Source: Minisyncoccia bacterium
Lineage (GTDB): Bacteria > Patescibacteriota > Minisyncoccia > Phycocordibacterales > UBA918
Length of the DNA: 48,709 nucleotides
Reading direction: 5' to 3'
Assembly (NCBI GenBank): GCA_046598345.1
Contig: JBKJIT010000003.1
Span: forward strand, 222,549-271,257
Shown: positions 44,015-48,709 of the stretch, one piece after another
Position numbering within the stretch: position 1 is the stretch's first letter
Layout: every line of letters starts with the position of its first letter
Made by a program: the position numbers and the translations under genes
The notes under the pieces: model-generated
What the model saw: the letters and a program-made list of their open reading frames with translations, nothing else
What the model was told of the DNA's origin: nothing
Databases searched by the model: none

Positions 44015-44674
44015 ATGGAACATTTTCCACTGAATCACCTAACGACAGAAAATAAACTTGAAAGAGCTTCGGTAAAGGAAGGAGTTGATTTTATATTTGA
44101 ACAGTATCCAGAGTTAACTTCAATAGGTACCAAGGAGCAATATGCTCAATACATCGAGTCCATATTTCCTGAAAGCAAATTCAAAGAAGTTGTATATCAC
44201 AACTCTGATGCTGAATTTAAAAACGAGGGATTTAAACCGATGAAACCTAATTTTGATACTCTAAATAGTATTGTAGGAGTCTACAACTTCAGCTCTAATA
44301 GGGATTTTATTCAGAGATATGGTAAAAACTCCTACGCGGTTGTGTTAAATGTCCAAAATCCGATAGAAGATTTTACTTCTGGAGAATATACAGATGACAT
44401 GGACAGACCTCTTTCCGAGGCTATGTTTAAGATAGGTAAACAAAAAGCAGAAAATCCTTTGTCCCCAGAATACGACGAAAACCTCAAAAACACCGATGCA
44501 GTAATTAACCGCATTTCAGGAAAAGATTACATTGCAAAGCATCCAAGAACAGGAAAGGAATGGGGCATGGCTCCTCAGAACATAGTAAGTGTATTTCATG
44601 AAAATCAGGTACATATTCTCGGTTCAGCATCTGATATACAAAAATTCCAAGAATTTGTGGAAAAGGAAAAATAG
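44015..44674 (+). CDS. Hypothetical protein with ADP-ribosyltransferase-like (ART-PolyVal-like) motifs
   Basis: YAQYIESIFPESKFKEVVYHNS...F...GVYNFSS...YG...VVLNVQNP. Confidence 0.55.
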   Translation: MEHFPLNHLTTENKLERASVKEGVDFIFEQYPELTSIGTKEQYAQYIESIFPESKFKEVVYHNSDAEFKNEGFKPMKPNFDTLNSIVGVYNFSSNRDFIQRYGKNSYAVVLNVQNPIEDFTSGEYTDDMDRPLSEAMFKIGKQKAENPLSPEYDENLKNTDAVINRISGKDYIAKHPRTGKEWGMAPQNIVSVFHENQVHILGSASDIQKFQEFVEKEK

Positions 44675-44781
44675 AACCAGGACCCACGTACCTTAAAATA
44701 ACCCACGAAAGTCTACTAAAATGGCCTTACGGTGTCTCACCACTATGGTACTGAACCCGAGCGGCCCGCACAAATTTGTTA

Positions 44782-44848
44782 AAACTATACATTGTCCTAA
44801 AAACTGAAAGACGGTATCGTTAGAGGCATGTCAATGATGAAACATTTT
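44782..44848 (+). repeat. 67-bp direct repeat, copy 2 (promoter region + first codons of the 44828 gene)
   Basis: Identical to 42757-42823. Confidence 0.95.
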
Positions 44849-45349
44849 TATCTTATTCTTTTCTCGACACTGCTCGTGGGGTTTTTTTCTGGTGTCTTTG
44901 TGTTTTTTATGACGAGAGAACCGGAAGTCAGCACGCCCCCGGACGACACGCAGACCGGATTCGAGGTTGTTGTGAGCGCGTATGGAGGGTGTGAACGCAT
45001 AGGATGTTCTTTCTATCGAATTTCCGAGGATGGTACGTACACGTTGGTGACGCAGGGTCTAGAGTCTCAGAACGAACGGCTCGAAGGGGAAGTTACAGGA
45101 ATGCAAAGAGAAGATCTTAAGGGTCTTATGGATGAGACAGATTTTGCAGAGGTCGCGGCATCACGCTTTGAAGGGGAGTGTCCTATAATCTACGATGGTG
45201 TTGCATACCGTTTTGAAATTCAAAAGGAGGGAAACAATTACAGTTTTGATTCGTGTAGGGAAGATCTCGAGCTTCCACTCTTTATAGAACTGGAGAGTTA
45301 CTTTGATGCATTTAGAAGCATTCATGAGGATGAGCTCGAGGATATGTAG
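44828..45349 (+). CDS. Membrane-anchored hypothetical protein with two Cys pairs
   Basis: TM helix, YGGCERIGC, GECPIIYDG...FDSC. Confidence 0.75.
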   Translation: MSMMKHFYLILFSTLLVGFFSGVFVFFMTREPEVSTPPDDTQTGFEVVVSAYGGCERIGCSFYRISEDGTYTLVTQGLESQNERLEGEVTGMQREDLKGLMDETDFAEVAASRFEGECPIIYDGVAYRFEIQKEGNNYSFDSCREDLELPLFIELESYFDAFRSIHEDELEDM

Positions 45350-45350
45350 T

Positions 45351-46022
45351 ATGCGAGTCTCCTCACGCTACATTTTCATTCTCTTCATTTTCTTTGCATG
45401 GGCAGAAACTGTGTCTGCACATATTCCTCTTGTGGTGACGCAAGAGAATTTACATGACATTGTGACGATTTCAAATCCTGATGTGTCACAGGCGTTCTAC
45501 GGTGAGCTCGTTGGTTTCCCACACACGTATGAAATTGAAGCAAAAGAGCCGTTCACGCTTACAGTTGAAGTCTTAATGCCTGATATTGATTCGAGCAATA
45601 ATACGGTTTCAGGAATTGTGGTGCGGAATGTAACAGGGAGTGGACGCGTAACCGAAGTAACGCGTCTCCTTGCAAAAGGTGCATCCTGGTCCTCATTTTT
45701 TGAACCATGGGGTGGAGACTCGTACCGTCGGGGGGGAACGTTTAGTAAAGAGGTAGAAGCGGGAACGTATCGCATTGAACTCAGTACACCCGTGAACCTC
45801 GAAAAGTATGTACTCGTCGTGGGGGAGAAAGAAGAATCAGATTTAGGATACTTTGAGACCTTGGAGCGGATCATGGATGTAAAAGTGTTTTTTGGGAAGT
45901 CACGGATCATGGTTATTCAGTCTCCGCTTGCGTATGTTCCACTCCTCATACTTTTCTGCATTCTTGGATTTGTGTATTACCGAAGACGAAGGCAAAGAAC
46001 CGAAATTTCTCATGGATCTTAA
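45351..46022 (+). CDS. Secreted, C-terminally anchored hypothetical protein
   Basis: Signal peptide ending VSA-HIP; C-terminal TM + RRRR. Confidence 0.75.
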   Translation: MRVSSRYIFILFIFFAWAETVSAHIPLVVTQENLHDIVTISNPDVSQAFYGELVGFPHTYEIEAKEPFTLTVEVLMPDIDSSNNTVSGIVVRNVTGSGRVTEVTRLLAKGASWSSFFEPWGGDSYRRGGTFSKEVEAGTYRIELSTPVNLEKYVLVVGEKEESDLGYFETLERIMDVKVFFGKSRIMVIQSPLAYVPLLILFCILGFVYYRRRRQRTEISHGS

Positions 46023-46416
46023 ACTCTTTGCAACCCTATACGCACTCAGTATCCCGCTTTTTATCGTGGGAGATCTGTTGTGGCTCGGCGTGATCGCGAA
46101 AGACTTCTACGCTACGAGGCTCGGGTCGCTCCTAGGGGACGTACAATGGTTACCGGCAATCCTTTTTTATGCACTCTTTCTTTTTGGTGTAACATTTTTT
46201 GTGACATATCCAACTCTCGAGGCAAGTGTGCTCAAAACGATTTTTGTTGGTGGTTTATTTGGACTCATTACCTACGCTACCTACGATCTTACAAATCACG
46301 CAACGCTCGCAGGATGGTCGAGCGCCGTGACGGTGGTGGATATGGTATGGGGCACCGTGCTTGGCGCTTCAGTGGCTGTAGGTGTAAAGCTCCTCTACCG
46401 CCTTCTCTTCATGTGA
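46012..46416 (+). CDS. DUF2177 family membrane protein
   Basis: GDLLWLG, GLFGLITYATYDLTNHATL.GW...VVDMVWG. Confidence 0.88.
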   Translation: MDLKLFATLYALSIPLFIVGDLLWLGVIAKDFYATRLGSLLGDVQWLPAILFYALFLFGVTFFVTYPTLEASVLKTIFVGGLFGLITYATYDLTNHATLAGWSSAVTVVDMVWGTVLGASVAVGVKLLYRLLFM

Positions 46417-46432
46417 GTGCTATACTATTTCT

Positions 46433-46843
46433 ATGATTGAAAATTTTCCGGCAATCTCAGTGTTTGTTGCAGCGCTCCTTTCTTTAGCTGTAGGAAGTAT
46501 CTGGTACTCGCCGATTATGTTTGGTCCGTATTGGCTTCACGAGCAGAAACTCACTGAAAAAGACGCTACACTCTCTAGGCGTTCGCTCATTAAACTACTT
46601 GGTTTTCTTTTTATTGCACACCTGCTTTTCCTCCATGTACTCACAAAATTTATTGGATTTTCCACTAAGAGTGGAAGTACCGTATTTGAATTTGCAGGGC
46701 TCCTTGTCGTACTTCTCGGTGCAGCAATGGCCATCCTTACCGTGTGGGAGCGTCGATCGTTCCGTTATTTTCTTATGAATCTAGGTTACACCGCACTCGT
46801 TATTTTTGGAGGTATGACCGTTATTGCGTACTGGCCATGGTAA
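46433..46843 (+). CDS. DUF1761 family membrane protein
   Basis: VGSIWYSPIMFGPYW...WERRSFRYFLMNLGY. Confidence 0.85.
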   Translation: MIENFPAISVFVAALLSLAVGSIWYSPIMFGPYWLHEQKLTEKDATLSRRSLIKLLGFLFIAHLLFLHVLTKFIGFSTKSGSTVFEFAGLLVVLLGAAMAILTVWERRSFRYFLMNLGYTALVIFGGMTVIAYWPW

Positions 46844-46859
46844 TTTTTTCCAAAACAGC

Positions 46860-47345
46860 ATGATGCACAAAATCCAAGTTGCGATCCTCATTCTCATCTT
46901 TCCACTCGGGCTGCTCTACTGGTATGTAGAAAAGAATGACATCCCGTTCTCCTCAGAGCTTTTTTATCCGGGTCAGCCAGTGGTGCATATTGGAGAAATA
47001 CCAATGCAGGTGGAAATCGCTGATTCAGCTCTCGAGCTACAGAAAGGACTTTCCGGAAGACGTGAGCTGACGAGTGTAAAGGGACTATTGATGGTTTTTC
47101 CTGAGGCGGGATATCACGGCATCTGGATGAAAGATATGCTTTTTCCGATCGATATTATATGGGTAAGTGCAGACCTCAAGGTGATTGGCATTGAGCGAAA
47201 CGTAAGTCCGGATACGTATCCAAAATCATTCCGTCCAGTCTCTCCTGCAAAGTACGTCATTGAAACAAACGCGAACTATAGTGAGACATTCGGCATTACT
47301 ACAGGGAAGAGCGTACGGTTACCACTCCAGGTTGAGAATAACTAG
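46860..47345 (+). CDS. DUF192 family protein
   Basis: VEIADS...KGLSGR...GLLMVF...IWMKDMLFPIDIIW...YVIETNA. Confidence 0.9.
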   Translation: MMHKIQVAILILIFPLGLLYWYVEKNDIPFSSELFYPGQPVVHIGEIPMQVEIADSALELQKGLSGRRELTSVKGLLMVFPEAGYHGIWMKDMLFPIDIIWVSADLKVIGIERNVSPDTYPKSFRPVSPAKYVIETNANYSETFGITTGKSVRLPLQVENN

Positions 47346-47376
47346 CCTTTTTTGATATTTATTGTATAATGTGTCG

Positions 47377-47738
47377 ACGTTCGTGGTCGCTCAGTACTTT
47401 TGTATTGAGAGGAAAGTCCGAACACGCCCCACCATTTGGCGGGAGCAGGGTAGCGGGTAACGCCCGTCTAGAGCAATCTACGAGATGCGAGCAGAGACGC
47501 TCCCCACGAAAGAGCGGGAGCGTCTCTCCTGTCGAAAGATACGGAGAGACGAGCTTCATGGCGACATGAAGGTGAAACGGCTAAATTCTTACCTGCGTGC
47601 AAGGCCGTGTCCATCGGTACTCAAAGCGCATGCGCGAGGACCGATGGAAGTGCCGCAAGAGCATGCCGGCAACGGTGTGCCTAGGTAAATGACCACACTG
47701 CATCTTTCGAGATGCAGACAGAATTCGGCTTATAACGT
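47377..47738 (+). ncRNA. rnpB: RNase P RNA (bacterial, type A-like)
   Basis: GAGGAAAGTCCGAACAC near the 5' end, GGTGAAACGG, TGCAAGG, ACAGAATTCGGCTTAT near the 3' end, P1 acgtt/aacgt; TATAAT at 47365-47370. Confidence 0.96.
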
Positions 47739-47895
47739 ACAAAACAGACACCCTTTGGGGTGTCTGTTTTGTAAACCGGAGTGATGTTTTGCCGATGTCA
47801 ATGAGGCAAAACCACGAGGTCGGGTAGGAGGTTGTTGGGAGCGTAGCGAGTTACAAACCTGACACCAAAACAAGCACCCTTTTGGGTGCTTGTTT
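47738..47895. repeat. Two related hairpins bracketing a structured ~95-nt core after rnpB
   Basis: tacaaaacagacaccc-tttg-gggtgtctgttttgta (47738-47773) and aaacaagcaccc-tttt-gggtgcttgttt (47868-47895). Confidence 0.75.
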
Positions 47896-47994
47896 GTACG
47901 TTACGGCCGCATTTCAAGCAGCCACAGCGACTATGAAAATGAAAGCCCGCCTATGGTACAATTTTGAAATATTATCGAGTAATCCCGTATTTAT

Positions 47995-48709
47995 ATGTCA
48001 CTTGAGACTGCACACACACCTGAAATTGATCCAATCGCTCGCACACTCCAGCAATATGCGCAGAATATTTTAGTTGTTGTCTTTGGTCTTCTTCCGCTTT
48101 TCTTCTTTCCAACAGCGTATGCACCGTTTGAATACACAAAAATATTCTTTGTTGTAGTTGGTTTACTCGCGTCGCTCGTGCTCTACAGCCTTTCAGTCCT
48201 ACGTTCGGGGAAGATTCAAGTGAAATTTTCGTACACGCTTCTTGCACTGTGGGGAGTTGTAATTGTGTCCTGTATCTCGGCACTCCTTTCAGGAGATCTA
48301 CGGGATGCGTTTATCGGCGATTCACTCAGCATTCATACTGCTGCGTTTGTGGGAATTCTTGCCCTCACCGTGAGTGTGTGGAGTATGCTTTCGATCGAAA
48401 AGGCAACCGTCATGCGTCTCTACATGGTCCTTGCTGCCAGCACACTTATCCTTGTCATCTACCATGTGATCCGTCTTATTGGTGGCGCGGAGGTGTTCTC
48501 ATTTAATGTGTTTACGAGTCTCATTGCCACACCGATTGGAAGTTGGAATGACCTCGCACTCTTCTTGGGTCTCTCAGTACTCCTTTCCTTGGTGGCACTC
48601 GAGCAACTACCACTTACGCGTCCTGGGAAGCTACTTTTCGGTTTTGTTACGGTTCTTTCACTTGTCATGCTCGCGGTCATTAACTTCTTTATTGTTTGGG
48701 TGGTGCTCG
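47995..48709 (+). CDS. Polytopic membrane protein, 3'-truncated (O-antigen-ligase-like N-terminus possible)
   Basis: Open frame from ATG 47995 to the window end; many TM helices; PFEYTKIFF and TPIGSWNDLALFLG motifs; absent from the ORF track because there is no stop. Confidence 0.8.
   Translation, partial: MSLETAHTPEIDPIARTLQQYAQNILVVVFGLLPLFFFPTAYAPFEYTKIFFVVVGLLASLVLYSLSVLRSGKIQVKFSYTLLALWGVVIVSCISALLSGDLRDAFIGDSLSIHTAAFVGILALTVSVWSMLSIEKATVMRLYMVLAASTLILVIYHVIRLIGGAEVFSFNVFTSLIATPIGSWNDLALFLGLSVLLSLVALEQLPLTRPGKLLFGFVTVLSLVMLAVINFFIVWVVL

Larger units (their letters stand above)
42477..44770. mobile_element. Decayed tRNA-Ser-anchored island (no integrase present)
   Basis: tRNA 3'-end copies at 42605-42626 and 42697-42747, a degenerate end at 44747-44770, an HTH pseudogene and AT-rich cargo ORFs. 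Confidence 0.65.

Noticed and set aside
42477-44770. Intact prophage or active IS
   Set aside because: No integrase, transposase, terminase or structural genes in the window; only remnants.
1-48709. Alternative genetic code (TGA=Gly, code 25)
   Set aside because: Conserved genes are intact in code 11, and TGA ends several genes at sensible positions (e.g. 21695, 22184, 46416).

Overview
A gene-dense bacterial chromosome segment in standard code 11. Gene content, the many small membrane or secreted hypothetical proteins and SD-less housekeeping starts suggest a Patescibacteria (CPR, Parcubacteria-like) genome; this is inferred from gene style, not from a database match. Recognisable genes are a partial hybrid histidine kinase, rarA, a DedA protein, a class F sortase with two large repeat surface proteins, two divergent ATP-grasp ligases, a PolB-like exonuclease, a GH1/DMT/GH-A cluster, nth, a mutY-like gene, an SH3-CHAP-like protein, a HAD hydrolase, an MFS transporter, rnj, an orphan family-5 ABC substrate-binding protein, secG, groES-groEL, lemA-DUF2207-htpX, a GGDEF protein, gmk, tRNA-Ser(GGA) with a ~2.3 kb decayed island, and RNase P RNA (rnpB). 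The most striking unexplained signals are: (1) five copies, plus one divergent copy, of an 80-81 nt intergenic element with fixed motif spacing and compensatory base changes, each enclosed in its own copy-specific inverted repeat just after a stop codon; (2) a sortase-F system whose two putative substrates share a long PEVLGExTSVxPxGAPNTGxGG signal and carry Lys/Glu/Asn plus Cys-pair repeats; (3) many -10 boxes 6-8 nt before the ATG, suggesting leaderless mRNAs; (4) nested tRNA-3'-end duplications, including a 127-nt 'empty-site' segment; (5) probable pseudo-enzymes or cofactor-loss variants (Cys-less CHAP domain, Fe-S-less Nth and MutY). No integrase, transposase, CRISPR array or rRNA was seen. 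All family assignments come from motif recognition by eye.
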